Origin: a virus
Strand: one strand, 5' to 3'
Length of the DNA: 64,000 nucleotides
IMG/VR virus record: IMGVR_UViG_3300029267_001213
Span: 22,554 to 86,553 of that record
The translations under genes and the position numbers were made by a program. How positions within the stretch are numbered: position 1 is the first letter of the stretch; every line of letters begins with the position of its first letter. Shown piece by piece: positions 1-10,312 of this stretch. The notes beneath the pieces are model-generated. The model ran no database searches, was not told the origin of the DNA, and worked only from the letters and a program-made list of their open reading frames with translations.

Positions 1-1
1 G

Positions 2-658
2 TGGCCGAGAATCAAGGTGGTCAATCCTAATGAGACCATTTACGGCAATGAGAAATATGTCGTAATTCCACCGGCGGCATCATTGGCCGGTGTCATGGCT
101 CGGAATGATTCACGAGGGCCCGGCGGAATTGCTGAAGCTCCAGCGGGAATTGAGTACGGATTGATCAAGGACTGCGTAGGTCTGGAGACGGACGAAGCTC
201 TGGATCCGAAAAAGCGGGACTTGGTTTATCCGGCGTTGATTAATCCGATAACCAAGATTGGAAGTTCGCCTTATCATTCAGACGGCAGCAGAACACTGAA
301 GGAGAACGGCAACTGGCCGAGCATCGGACAGAGACGGCTGGTTACTTACATCGAGAGGGTAGCGAGAATTGCTGTACTGTATGCCAAGCACAGGAATATC
401 ACGAGAAGACTCAAGAACAGTGTTGAAGGAACGATGGAACAGTTCCTTCTTGAGCTGACCAGCTTGGGAGTTTTTGCGTCAACAAAGCCAAGAGAGGCAT
501 TCTGGATTGACGTATCAGACGAGTTGAATCCACCGAGCGTGGCATTTGCAAGACAGGTCAGAGTAAGAATTGGTCTGGCGACTGCTTATCCGGGTGAGTT
601 CATCATCATATCATTCTCACAGGATTTAAGGGCACTTGAGCAGGCGCTTCTTTTCTAA
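2..658 (+). CDS. Contractile tail sheath protein, C-terminal part (truncated by window start)
   Basis: Frame is open from base 2 (WPRIKVVNP...). Sheath C-terminal motifs PPAASLAGVMARND, EAPAG, INPI, GSRTL, RRL and RVRIGLA..PGEFIII. Confidence 0.92.
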   Translation, partial: WPRIKVVNPNETIYGNEKYVVIPPAASLAGVMARNDSRGPGGIAEAPAGIEYGLIKDCVGLETDEALDPKKRDLVYPALINPITKIGSSPYHSDGSRTLKENGNWPSIGQRRLVTYIERVARIAVLYAKHRNITRRLKNSVEGTMEQFLLELTSLGVFASTKPREAFWIDVSDELNPPSVAFARQVRVRIGLATAYPGEFIIISFSQDLRALEQALLF

Positions 659-670
659 GGAGGAATAAAA

Positions 671-1132
671 ATGGCCAATGAAAGAAAAGACAGAGATAAA
701 GGCTTTCTATTTCTGGTAGAAATCGGAGGCTTTAACAAGGCGGCTTTCCGGACGTGTTCACCTATCCGGCGGGATACGGAGATTATCGAAAACTGGGAAG
801 GCGGCGAAATGATTGCGGACAAGGATCCGGGTCGGACCATGTTTGATCCGATAACACTGGAACGGGCCATGACGGATAACGAAGAACTCCGGCAATGGTG
901 CGAGGACGTGGTTAATTTCACAGAGGGCAATGCTGGTGTTCCATTGAACGAGCTGAAAAAGACTGTGGACATCATACAGCTGGACAGGACAAGAACTCCT
1001 ATCCGGAAGTACAGACTCCATGAATGCTGGCCAAATACGGATCAGATAGGACCGTGGGACAACACTACCAGCGAAAATGTTTTGGAGTCTGTGACTCTTA
1101 CATTTAAGTATTACACAAGAGAGCCGGTATAA
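671..1132 (+). CDS. Tail tube protein (T4 gp19-like)
   Basis: Follows sheath with AAGGAGG RBS. FLVEIGG..AAF, PGR..FDPITLERAM, L..CWP and ESVTLTF motifs of the gp19 tube family. Confidence 0.9.
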   Translation: MANERKDRDKGFLFLVEIGGFNKAAFRTCSPIRRDTEIIENWEGGEMIADKDPGRTMFDPITLERAMTDNEELRQWCEDVVNFTEGNAGVPLNELKKTVDIIQLDRTRTPIRKYRLHECWPNTDQIGPWDNTTSENVLESVTLTFKYYTREPV

Positions 1133-1174
1133 TTATCGGCTCTATAAAAGGCCAAGAACCAGAAGGAGGATAAG

Positions 1175-2101
1175 ATGACAGAACAAGACCATACCGTAAA
1201 AAATCAGGCAAGCGAGAGTCAGACAGAACCTTTACAGGATACGAGCGTCCAGAAATCGGAAGATACTGGACCGGAAAAGTCCAATGTTAAGCCTTTTCCC
1301 AAGCCCGGCAAAATGAAAAAGATCGTTTGTCCGTCTGGATTGACTGTGACTTTAAGAAAAATGCAGACACATGAGTACGATTATTTCGATGGTGCTACGG
1401 AAAGGGATGTTCCTACCATAACAACCAGCATATTGAATTCATGCACGGAACAGGTTCACAGTCCGGTTCCAGCGTTTTATTCATTATCTAAGGAAGGAAA
1501 TCTCGACTGGATGAAGGTTCTTACCGGTGACAGACTATATGCTCTGGTGCAGCTCAGAATTCTTTCATTAGGAAGCAAGTACGAGTTTACGGTGCATTGT
1601 GAAAGGCCGTATTGTCCACGGATGATTCATTGGAAGGTAGATTTGGACGAAGACATTCCTGTTCTGGACCTGCCGGATGAATCCCTTGAAGCATTATCGG
1701 CAAATAAGCCTTTATCTTTCAAGCTTCCGGACAGCGGTAATGTAGTCAAGTTTGTTCTTCCTACAGCCGAAATTGAAGAACGGTTGATGAAGATGGAGGA
1801 TAACCAGTTTCAGACAAAGATAACGGCACAGCGTTTGCTTCACAGGATTGTAGACATCGAAGGCGTTGAGCCTAATGACCGGTCTACGTTCTTGGACAAG
1901 ATGGACATTGATGAGCTGGCGGAATTGCAGATAGCCATGGATGATGCCGATTGCGGAATAGATACGAACATCATAGTGCAGTGTGGTGGGTGTAAGGCGT
2001 CACAAGAGGTAAGTCTCCCTTTCGGACTAACTTTCTGGCTACCGAGTACCTTAGAACGAAATCGACGAAGGCGGCGGCGCTCGAGATCTTCAAAGGAATA
2101 G
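1175..2101 (+). CDS. Tail assembly chaperone / T4 gp26-like baseplate hub chaperone
   Basis: Lies between tube and tape measure. GDRLYALVQLRILSLG..YEF.V.C, LP.SG..VKF.LPT, GIDT.I...CxxC and LPF...FW motifs. Confidence 0.75.
   Translation: MTEQDHTVKNQASESQTEPLQDTSVQKSEDTGPEKSNVKPFPKPGKMKKIVCPSGLTVTLRKMQTHEYDYFDGATERDVPTITTSILNSCTEQVHSPVPAFYSLSKEGNLDWMKVLTGDRLYALVQLRILSLGSKYEFTVHCERPYCPRMIHWKVDLDEDIPVLDLPDESLEALSANKPLSFKLPDSGNVVKFVLPTAEIEERLMKMEDNQFQTKITAQRLLHRIVDIEGVEPNDRSTFLDKMDIDELAELQIAMDDADCGIDTNIIVQCGGCKASQEVSLPFGLTFWLPSTLERNRRRRRRSRSSKE
2017..2023 (+). promoter_or_regulatory. Programmed -1 ribosomal frameshift slippery heptamer C CCT TTC
   Basis: X XXY YYZ pattern in the chaperone reading frame. 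The -1 frame stays open from here through the 2122-2328 ORF. Confidence 0.75.
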
Positions 2102-2121
2102 ATCATGAGTATCTGCATACC

Positions 2122-2328
2122 TTGGTCATTAATGCATGTCGGATGGAATTGGGATGCGGGATAGCTGGAATAACGATGGAGCAGGCGTGGAGGATGACCA
2201 TTGAAGACTTGGAGGACATCGCCAGAGCTTCGGTAGAAACAAGAAAAGCGGGACTCGGTGTCATAAAGGCGTTGGCCGAAATCGTAGCAAAGGCAGGTGG
2301 AATGAAGCTGAGATGGTCAAGAAAATGA
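2122..2328 (+). CDS. C-terminal extension of tail assembly chaperone (frameshift product, lambda gpGT-like)
   Basis: -1 frame relative to 1175-2101, weak TTG start, directly upstream of the tape measure gene. Confidence 0.7.
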   Translation: MVINACRMELGCGIAGITMEQAWRMTIEDLEDIARASVETRKAGLGVIKALAEIVAKAGGMKLRWSRK

Positions 2329-2335
2329 GATAGCT

Positions 2336-4792
2336 ATGGCACTCAATCAATCCATGGGAATCGGTTTCGTCATTACAGGCAAAGACCTCGCTTCCCGACA
2401 AATCAACAAAGTCAAAGGTAATCTTAGAGGGTTAGGTAAGCAGTCCGAAGAGACTCAGCAGACTATGGAGTCAGCAATGAAGATGACTGCTGCTGGCATT
2501 GGATTGCTTACTGTAGGACTGGTCGGTTTGTCTGCGGAGATGAAGCTGGCTGGAGTAGCTGGTGAATTCGAACACGTAATGGCCGGGGTGGGTGCTACGG
2601 CACGGGCTTCCGAAGCAGAAATGAAAATGCTGAAACAGGCGGCGATTGAGGCTGGTATAGCAACGCAATTTTCGCCATTGGAAGCTGGACGTGGATTAAA
2701 GGTTCTGGCAGCGCAAGGTCTGGCGGCTTCGGATCAGGTTACAGCATTGATTCCTGTACTGGACTTGGCTGCAGCTGGAGAAATATCCGTGGCGGAATCT
2801 GCGGAAGCCGCGGTCGGTGCCGTCAAAGCCTTCGGAATGGAAATGACGGATTTGACCATGACGGCGGATAAAATGATGCGGGCTACGACTATTTCAAATT
2901 TACGAGCATCTGAGTTTTCAATTACGATGGGCCGGGCTGGTGCAATGGCAAAGACATTCGGTCAGTCTCTGGATGATACGCTGATTGGCCTTGGTGCCTT
3001 AAGAAATATGAACGTTCAGGCAAGCGTAGCAACAACGTCATACAATGAGGCGGTCAGGCGTCTGGCTGTTGACCAGGCAGGACAGCGTGAGGCACAGCGA
3101 TTGGGCGTTCAGATATTCGATAAACAGACCGGCAAGATGCGGTCGGCTCTGGATATTATGCTGGACGTAGCTGAAGCTACAAAAGACTTGGGCGACAAGG
3201 AAAAAAATCGTGCATTGAATCAGATGTTCGGCGTGCGAGGCATTGCGGCGTTTAATGCTATTGCGGAAATAAATATCAAGACCATGAGAGACGGCAAGGA
3301 AGTAACCCTAAAGGGTGCCGAAGCTTTGAAAGAATATCGCAAACAGATGAGCAGTGCTGGTGGAGCATCCGAAAAGTTCAGAGAGAAACTTCTTTCGACA
3401 TACGAAGGACAGAAGACACTGTTGAAAGGTTCCATTGAGACGCTGGCTATTACGCTTGGAGAGCCTCTGGCCAATCTGTTCAAGCCCGGAGTAACGTTCA
3501 TTATTGAGAAAGTTAATGAGCTTATTAAGGCATTTCAGGATATGGATCCAGAAACAAAAAAATGGGTTGCCGGGATTGCTGTAGCAATTCCTGTAATGAT
3601 TACGGTTGGCGGTGCGATACTTACAATAGTAGGAGCGTTTGCTTTGCTGAAGCTAGCTATTGTTGCAGCTGGAATTACTCTTGCAGGAATAGGCATGGGG
3701 TTTGTATGGGTAACGGCCATTATTGCCGGACTGGTTGCAGCCGGGGCACTTCTTTATAAAGCGTATTCGGAAAATCTTGGTGGGCTTAAAGATTCCGTAG
3801 GTGACTTAGGTAAATCATTCAAAGGACTATTTGGTGCATTGAAAAATATCGGCAAGGCTTTCGTAGAAAATGAAAAAATAATGGCGGCATTAGGTTATGC
3901 TTTCACAGGTCTAGCGTGGATTGTGGGAAAAGTATTTTCGTTTATAGCGACTACCATTGAGACAGCGGTTGAAGTAATAAGAAATATTTTTGAAGGATTG
4001 GGGTTATTGCTGGAAGGTGACTTCAAAGGATTCGGTAAGAAAATGGTCCGGGCGCTTTTGTCAGCATTTACCGGAGTGGGCAAAGCTCTTGCGGAAGTGT
4101 TTGGTGTTGAGATGAAAGATATTCACAGTGAAGTAGATCTCACAATTACTTGGATTACCGAGAAATCACTTAAAGCACTTGTGGCATGGAAAAAATTTAG
4201 ACTTGAATTCCTAGTCAGCAAGGAAGGCAAGGCAGCACAGCAACTTAGATCTGATATTGAAAAACTGGAAAAAGAATTGTCCACAATGAAAACGGCTGCA
4301 GAATTGATGGCTGAACAGGAAAAAGGTCCTACAGGAAAAAGGCAGTTTGCAGGTGGTCCGGGTGTTTCGGAAATGCCAACTATAATGGATGACTTTATTA
4401 AGGAGATGGAATCTGCACAGCGCGAACAGCAAAAAATGAGCGTACCGCGAAAGAGAATTATTCACGAGACCGAAGAGTATGCAGATTACATCGAGCGCGG
4501 ACCTGAGATGTCATTCGAAAGGCGTCCTGTATCTGAAGAAATTATGCAGGAGGCTTTAGGTCAGACGGCTGTTCCTGAAGAATACAGGGAAACAGAAAGA
4601 CAGAATGTTAAACAGGCAATGCAGGAATCCATGGAAGCGACTGTTGAGCAATTAAGTACTCAATTAACGGATAAATTTTTGAATGGCATCAGCGGGATGA
4701 GTGTTACCATGGATCAGTATGAAGTTGGTCGCATTGTTACACATGGAGAGCGTGCTCGGCAGGATAGAGAATTAGGGGCCGGAGAAGAATAA
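2336..4792 (+). CDS. Tail tape measure protein (TP901 family)
   Basis: 818 aa, Ala/Gly-rich and helical. ATQFSP.EA..GL..LA..G, PVLDLAAAG, FG..G..AFNA and L.GSIETL motifs, plus hydrophobic segments. Confidence 0.92.
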   Translation: MALNQSMGIGFVITGKDLASRQINKVKGNLRGLGKQSEETQQTMESAMKMTAAGIGLLTVGLVGLSAEMKLAGVAGEFEHVMAGVGATARASEAEMKMLKQAAIEAGIATQFSPLEAGRGLKVLAAQGLAASDQVTALIPVLDLAAAGEISVAESAEAAVGAVKAFGMEMTDLTMTADKMMRATTISNLRASEFSITMGRAGAMAKTFGQSLDDTLIGLGALRNMNVQASVATTSYNEAVRRLAVDQAGQREAQRLGVQIFDKQTGKMRSALDIMLDVAEATKDLGDKEKNRALNQMFGVRGIAAFNAIAEINIKTMRDGKEVTLKGAEALKEYRKQMSSAGGASEKFREKLLSTYEGQKTLLKGSIETLAITLGEPLANLFKPGVTFIIEKVNELIKAFQDMDPETKKWVAGIAVAIPVMITVGGAILTIVGAFALLKLAIVAAGITLAGIGMGFVWVTAIIAGLVAAGALLYKAYSENLGGLKDSVGDLGKSFKGLFGALKNIGKAFVENEKIMAALGYAFTGLAWIVGKVFSFIATTIETAVEVIRNIFEGLGLLLEGDFKGFGKKMVRALLSAFTGVGKALAEVFGVEMKDIHSEVDLTITWITEKSLKALVAWKKFRLEFLVSKEGKAAQQLRSDIEKLEKELSTMKTAAELMAEQEKGPTGKRQFAGGPGVSEMPTIMDDFIKEMESAQREQQKMSVPRKRIIHETEEYADYIERGPEMSFERRPVSEEIMQEALGQTAVPEEYRETERQNVKQAMQESMEATVEQLSTQLTDKFLNGISGMSVTMDQYEVGRIVTHGERARQDRELGAGEE

Positions 4793-5310
4793 TGGGAAAC
4801 GATAACAAGGTCATTCTTACAAACGAGGACATGGATCCTTCGAACAATGACAGACAGTTAATACTTCAGTTTGTCCCTAATGAATTGAGCATGAGTGTAG
4901 CGGTCAAATGGGCAGAGACTCAGGTTTTAGGAATGTCTCACACGCCATTGCAGTATCAATATACAGAAAACCAGAAATTACCGATGAAGATTGTGGTCAT
5001 GCGCGGATTGATGACCAGAGACGCAATACTGGCAGACCCTCATGCGAGAAAGACGGAAAATTTTTTGTTGAGTCTTACGGTTCCCGGTCGTGACAGAAAC
5101 GGCCAATTGATGTCCAGACCGCCGGTTGTGAAATTAACATGGCCGAATATGATCACGGCGAATTGTGTACTGGCCAGCCTTAATCTGGTTCATCAGCGTT
5201 TTACCAAGGATCAGGAACGCTGGATGTATATGGCAAACTGTGAATTCATAAGAGTAAGGGATAGTCGTGTATGGGGTGATCAATTGCTGGTGAAAGGACT
5301 CATGGGATGA
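4792..5310 (+). CDS. Tube initiator / baseplate protein (P2 gpU-like, CIS tube family)
   Basis: QF.PNELS..V.W....VLGMSH.PLQY and PP.V.L.WP motifs. Position after tape measure. Confidence 0.7.
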   Translation: MGNDNKVILTNEDMDPSNNDRQLILQFVPNELSMSVAVKWAETQVLGMSHTPLQYQYTENQKLPMKIVVMRGLMTRDAILADPHARKTENFLLSLTVPGRDRNGQLMSRPPVVKLTWPNMITANCVLASLNLVHQRFTKDQERWMYMANCEFIRVRDSRVWGDQLLVKGLMG

Positions 5311-5666
5311 CGGAACTGGAGAATATACCTGTTGGACTGTTGAGCAAGACAAGCCGGTATCAAGGATGCACGGCATGGGAAGATGACGACGGCAACTGGT
5401 ATCTCGGTAGCCCCCCTGTCGAAGTGAAGTATCAGGACTGGCCGGATAACAGAATTCATGTTGTACAGGAAGGCGACAGACCGTGGACACTGGCCGGCCG
5501 ATTTTTCAAGCCAGTTCCTTTTCCTTCCCGGCTGTGGTGGATTATCTGTCAGTTTCAGCCGGACCCTATTCATGATCCTACTGTAAAGCTTGAAGTGGGT
5601 AGAGAGCTGTTTATTCCGTCAATCGAAAAGGTACAGACAAAAATACTGCCAAGCTTAAAGGAATGA
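5307..5666 (+). CDS. LysM / tail-X-like baseplate protein
   Basis: H.VQEGD..W.LA.RFF...LWWII..F....DP...L..G..L.IPS motif. Confidence 0.8.
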   Translation: MTELENIPVGLLSKTSRYQGCTAWEDDDGNWYLGSPPVEVKYQDWPDNRIHVVQEGDRPWTLAGRFFKPVPFPSRLWWIICQFQPDPIHDPTVKLEVGRELFIPSIEKVQTKILPSLKE

Positions 5667-5669
5667 TAC

Positions 5670-6920
5670 ATGTTGGACAGAGGAGACCCGGTCGTAGCTG
5701 TAGAGCTTATCGAAGGAGATGGACCGGATGAGTTTATCGACTTTGGCGACCGGCTTGCAGCATTTGATTATGAGGACGTGGACCACGGCAAGGACTCTTG
5801 CAATATTCTTTTAAGAAACTGGAACCTGTCATTGCTTGAAGACCGGCGATTTGCCAGAGGTCAAAAGCTCAGAGTGTCGTGGGGATACAGCGGCGGTATG
5901 GCACCACCGAGAGACGTAGTAATCAAAAAAATTCATGGACTGGATTTGCTTCAGATAGCTTGCGAAGGAAAAGTTACTGAACTGGATCAGGAAGTTAAGG
6001 TCAGAGCTTGGGAGCAGATGACCGTTGGCGAGATAGCTGCGGAGATAGCATTCAATGAACAGAATCTGGATGGTAAGTTCGTACACATTGTAGAGCCGGA
6101 CGGCATTACTCATGAGTGCATTAATCAGCATTATTCGGATGCAAGATTTCTGGCGAAGCTGGCCAGAGATCATGGATGCGTTTTCTGTTTTAACCATACC
6201 GGATTCCATTTTCATCCACGGGATATGGCGGCAGCACCGAGGAAGGTTTTGATTTATCGAACGGACCCGGGCCGTGGAGATATTATTAAACTGGTTCCGG
6301 ACAGTGACTTCAGTCGGTCGATAGGAAAGGTAGTAATAAAAAGTCGGGATCCTAATACCGGTGAAGAATTTGAAGTCGAAGCCAGCAATCAGGACACTGA
6401 CAGAGATGGACTCGGCAAGGCATGGGAGGTAGGCAATCCAGCTACGGTATCAGGAAATCTGGCCAAGCGAAACGCTACGGCTATTACAAGATACGTATCC
6501 GGTGCGACTAAGGATCAAGCCAAGCTCGAAGCGCAGAAACGATTCAAGCTGGCAGCGCAATTTCGTTTTAAGCTTACGGCGTATTGCCATGGAGACCCGG
6601 TTCATTCGGCAAGAAATGTTTACGAGCTACAGGGAGCCGGTCAGTATTTGGAAGGCAATTATTATTGTAAGCGAGCGAAGCATTCTATCAAGGGAAGTTA
6701 TCAGACAGAGCTTTATTTAATACGAGATTCGGCATTGGAAGCTCCGACGATAATAGATCCTGAGAAAAGCAATGCGGCAATCAATGATCAGGAGGTTGTA
6801 GATGACAGCCTTTTAAGACCTGTTGTAGTATGGGAAGATGGTCCTGACGGACAGCCACAGCAGGTTATACAATGGCGCGATTCAAGAGGGAATATTGTGG
6901 ATACGCCAGCACAACCATAG
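5670..6920 (+). CDS. Baseplate hub protein (P2 gpD / T4 gp27-like)
   Basis: G.KL.VSWGY, Q..SDA.FL.KLA...G..F, GDP..A...EL.GAG..L.G.YY...A.H.I...Y.T motifs, and synteny. Confidence 0.85.
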   Translation: MLDRGDPVVAVELIEGDGPDEFIDFGDRLAAFDYEDVDHGKDSCNILLRNWNLSLLEDRRFARGQKLRVSWGYSGGMAPPRDVVIKKIHGLDLLQIACEGKVTELDQEVKVRAWEQMTVGEIAAEIAFNEQNLDGKFVHIVEPDGITHECINQHYSDARFLAKLARDHGCVFCFNHTGFHFHPRDMAAAPRKVLIYRTDPGRGDIIKLVPDSDFSRSIGKVVIKSRDPNTGEEFEVEASNQDTDRDGLGKAWEVGNPATVSGNLAKRNATAITRYVSGATKDQAKLEAQKRFKLAAQFRFKLTAYCHGDPVHSARNVYELQGAGQYLEGNYYCKRAKHSIKGSYQTELYLIRDSALEAPTIIDPEKSNAAINDQEVVDDSLLRPVVVWEDGPDGQPQQVIQWRDSRGNIVDTPAQP

Positions 6921-6929
6921 GAGAAGACC

Positions 6930-7529
6930 TTGAACATAGTTGGTTCACATGATCACGGCGTAGATGATGAAGCTTTAGATAGGGACAGGGATCCTTTTAT
7001 CTATGACGGTACGGTTGTAGAAAATAATGATCCTGAAAAACGGTACAGAGTCAAAGTCAAAGTGCCGGGTTTATTCGAGCCGACATCAGACTGGTTGACT
7101 CCTTATGGAGGACCGTGGAGCAGCGGTGGTGGGTGTGCGATTATCGGAGCACCACCTAAAGGCGCGGTAGTGGGTGTGTTCTTTAGAGGCGGCTATAAAA
7201 ATAAGCCAGCATACATAGGTGGACCTTTTACTCCGGGAGACATTGCGGAAATACCTAATGATCCGGAAGCGGTTGGTCATCCGGACGTTAGATTTATTTG
7301 CACTCCATCATTTATAATGATGTTCGATGAACGAGAAGGACAGGTAGGTTGGAGAGTTATTGATAGAAAGTCTGGACAGGTCATAAATATAGATTCAACA
7401 AATAACTCTATGGAAATGAGAGCTACAACAGCATTAAAAGCATCGGCATCAGGGATAGTTGATATTAGTGGGGCGCAGACCAATATACAGGGAAGGCCGG
7501 TAAAGGCGAAGGAGAAGCCAATCGAATGA
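6930..7529 (+). CDS. Baseplate spike protein (gpV / gp5 OB fold)
   Basis: GTVV.NNDPEK..RVKVKVPGL....SDW..P and P..G..V.V.F..G....P.YIG motifs. Confidence 0.88.
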   Translation: MNIVGSHDHGVDDEALDRDRDPFIYDGTVVENNDPEKRYRVKVKVPGLFEPTSDWLTPYGGPWSSGGGCAIIGAPPKGAVVGVFFRGGYKNKPAYIGGPFTPGDIAEIPNDPEAVGHPDVRFICTPSFIMMFDEREGQVGWRVIDRKSGQVINIDSTNNSMEMRATTALKASASGIVDISGAQTNIQGRPVKAKEKPIE

Positions 7530-8260
7530 GTGGAACGGCAGACGGCGGAGCATATTATCCTTTCGAGGTTCCGGAAGAAATCTGCGAGCTGTTCGATATT
7601 GAGATTAATTTCGAGCTGCCTATTCTCGGCGTTCCTTATATAGATTTCGTTGAAGAATTAATCCGGCTGCTCAAGACGGCCCTCGGTCCTTTAATTCCTT
7701 TTTTCCGGGTACTGGATGTCATTGTTCAAATATATAAGTGCGCTCAAGCAGTGCCGGATGCAATAGTGGAGTTGGATCCTACAGATTTATTTACATGCCT
7801 TGGTGAGCTGGGCAGAAAAATTGCTCAGTTACTCGAGATGGCCCCATGGCTGGCAGTACCAATTCTGATAGTAAAAATCATAGACTTATTAATTGCATTT
7901 TTACAAAAAATAAAGCGGAGACTTGAGTATCAGCTATGGTTATTAAGGCAGATATTTGTTGCGATAGATCAAGCTGCAAACATTAATGATGGTCGACTTC
8001 AAGGACTTCTTACATGTGCACATGGAAACATGCAGGGAGAGCTGGATGAGTTGACAGAAATACTGAGAGGCATTGGCCAGCTTATCGGGGTTATAAATAT
8101 TTTGATGGATCTGGCTGGCGTTCCTGAAGAGGCGCAGATACCTGAGCTTACAGCGATATTTGATGCCGGTTCAGAAAGTACTATTCAGGAAGGATTGGAT
8201 GCAATGGACGATTTTATTGAAATTTTACGAACGGCAAGATCCTTGGTACCATTGCCATAA
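7526..8260 (+). CDS. Hypothetical baseplate-region protein (helical)
   Basis: ORF coupled by ATGA overlap inside the baseplate operon. No recognised motif. Confidence 0.55.
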   Translation: MSGTADGGAYYPFEVPEEICELFDIEINFELPILGVPYIDFVEELIRLLKTALGPLIPFFRVLDVIVQIYKCAQAVPDAIVELDPTDLFTCLGELGRKIAQLLEMAPWLAVPILIVKIIDLLIAFLQKIKRRLEYQLWLLRQIFVAIDQAANINDGRLQGLLTCAHGNMQGELDELTEILRGIGQLIGVINILMDLAGVPEEAQIPELTAIFDAGSESTIQEGLDAMDDFIEILRTARSLVPLP

Positions 8261-8268
8261 GGTGAGAC

Positions 8269-8706
8269 ATGGAAGGATTTACAGGTAAGGATGAGTTAAC
8301 TACGGGCCGCGGCCTGTTGTTACCTTTAAGGTGGGAGGCGAATGACTTCGCAAATGGCAGTGGAGAGCCGTTGGTGCATAGCTGTTTATTAATTGCAGTG
8401 GGCACCATAGGAGATTCTCCATTTACGGACGGCGAAATACCTTGGGATACTGAGGTTGGAACTATTGTCATGGCGATGAAGCACAGAAATATGACAATCG
8501 GAAGGGCGGACAGGGCCGAGGAAGAAATATCCAGAGGGGTCCATACTACTTATCCGGTAGTTATAATCCGTGAAGTAGACGTTAAAATAAATCAGGGTGA
8601 AAGAAAGACGGCATTCCGAGTCAGTGCGCGGTATGATATGCGAAGTAAATTTGTTGAGGCGGATCAGGTCATTCATTCTGGTTTGGAATTTAATACGGAG
8701 CTGTAA
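8269..8706 (+). CDS. Baseplate wedge protein (gp25 / gpW-like)
   Basis: GRGLL.P, GEIPW..E.GT motif. Size and position before baseplate J. Confidence 0.75.
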   Translation: MEGFTGKDELTTGRGLLLPLRWEANDFANGSGEPLVHSCLLIAVGTIGDSPFTDGEIPWDTEVGTIVMAMKHRNMTIGRADRAEEEISRGVHTTYPVVIIREVDVKINQGERKTAFRVSARYDMRSKFVEADQVIHSGLEFNTEL

Positions 8707-8707
8707 T

Positions 8708-10312
8708 ATGACAGATATAATTTCTCAACAATTTGGCAGCAATCAGGATTACACGTCAAACGACTTCGAGACTTTACTGGCCAGATTGCAATCATTGACC
8801 GGTTCGGTATTCCCCGGCTGGACAGAGGCTACAAGGGTTGGTTTTGCTAATGTCCTAAGAGCGCAGAATGCATTTGTCGGTGATGTCCTTTGTTATTTGA
8901 TGAACAATAAAAAGAAGGAGTGTCACTGGGGAACGCTTTCACAAAGACACAGCGCAATTAATATGGGTAAGTTAATCAGCTATCGACTTGGAGGGGCTAC
9001 TCCAGCACAGACGGAAGTTGTTTTCAGAGCAGAGAGAACCATACTTCCCGGCAAGGTGGCGGGATCCGTTTACATTCCCGAAGGAGTTATTTGCAGGACT
9101 TCAGGAACGAATATTATCAGACAGCGTTCATTGTCTGCAGTGACAATAGCTGCAGGATCAGCAGAGAGTTCTATTGTTATGGTTGAAAATAGCACTGAAG
9201 AAACAGAATCTTTTCCAGCGAACGGTAAAAAATTTCAGGAACTTGTATTGGGATATACTCCATTTGTGGAGGGTGAGTACGACATATATGGAGATAGCTC
9301 GCATCTGGCAAAGATAGACATGAGTGATTCGATTGGTCCGTTCGAGACAGTGGATTCGTTTCTGGATAGCAGGGCCAGCGATGCACATGCCGTGGTTTTG
9401 GTGGATGAAAATAATAAGGCTACTGTCAGAATAGGCGACGGACAAAACGGACGACTGGCAAATGGAACAATAACAGTAGCGTATAAATATGGCGGTGGTG
9501 AAGCTGGTCGTGTGGAAGCGGAACAATTGACCGTAGTTGAAAACGGGCCAACGGTTGACAGCAATGGCAATCCTGTTGTGGTCACTTGTTTTAATGAGAA
9601 CGCCAGTATTGAAGGTACGGGAACTGACAGAGAGACGGTAGCGTATGCAAAGCAGACAGCTCCAGCATCATCAAGAGTAGGGCAATATACTATTGCAAAA
9701 GAAGATTATGTTTTTAATGCCAAGCGTGTAGCAGGAGTGGCCAGAGCGTTATGCCTGACAAATAACGAAGAAGCGGCAATTCCAAATGGGCGGGTCAGAG
9801 TTTATATTGTACCAGAGGGCGGTGGTCAGCCTGCTTCAGCATTAATCAGCAATGTGGAAACCATGTTGCAGGTTACGCGACGGCATACGGTTACGGCAAT
9901 CCCGGAAGTAATGTCGGTGACTCCATATCTTAATATAGATGTTTATGCGGTCGTTTATCTGCGGCCTATTCCGGCTGGATATACGAGGTCTGAATATTTG
10001 GCAGTGGTCAGAGATCAAATCGAAACGGCACTGGAAGATTTCTTTATTCCTTCACTTAGTGATGGAACGGAAAATCCTAATGTAGATTTCGGTGCTAATT
10101 ATAAAGATATCAATGATAATATTATTGGTGAAATAGCATGGAGTGATATTCTAAATGAAGTCAGGGATGCAGGATACGTAAGGAAGGTTGGTTCTGGTGC
10201 GGATGAATTTTTGCTTAATGGAGAAAGAGATGATGTGTTTTTATTTCCGTATCAGTTCCCGGCGTTCGGTGAGATAACACTGATAGACGGAGACAGCGGT
10301 GAGGAATTTTAG
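8708..10312 (+). CDS. Baseplate J / gp47-like wedge protein
   Basis: DYTS.DFE.L..RL, G.D.NGR....I.V.Y..GGG.AG.V, D.ET and EDY...A..V.GVARA motifs. Start moved to ATG 8708, right after the preceding stop. Confidence 0.9.
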   Translation: MTDIISQQFGSNQDYTSNDFETLLARLQSLTGSVFPGWTEATRVGFANVLRAQNAFVGDVLCYLMNNKKKECHWGTLSQRHSAINMGKLISYRLGGATPAQTEVVFRAERTILPGKVAGSVYIPEGVICRTSGTNIIRQRSLSAVTIAAGSAESSIVMVENSTEETESFPANGKKFQELVLGYTPFVEGEYDIYGDSSHLAKIDMSDSIGPFETVDSFLDSRASDAHAVVLVDENNKATVRIGDGQNGRLANGTITVAYKYGGGEAGRVEAEQLTVVENGPTVDSNGNPVVVTCFNENASIEGTGTDRETVAYAKQTAPASSRVGQYTIAKEDYVFNAKRVAGVARALCLTNNEEAAIPNGRVRVYIVPEGGGQPASALISNVETMLQVTRRHTVTAIPEVMSVTPYLNIDVYAVVYLRPIPAGYTRSEYLAVVRDQIETALEDFFIPSLSDGTENPNVDFGANYKDINDNIIGEIAWSDILNEVRDAGYVRKVGSGADEFLLNGERDDVFLFPYQFPAFGEITLIDGDSGEEF

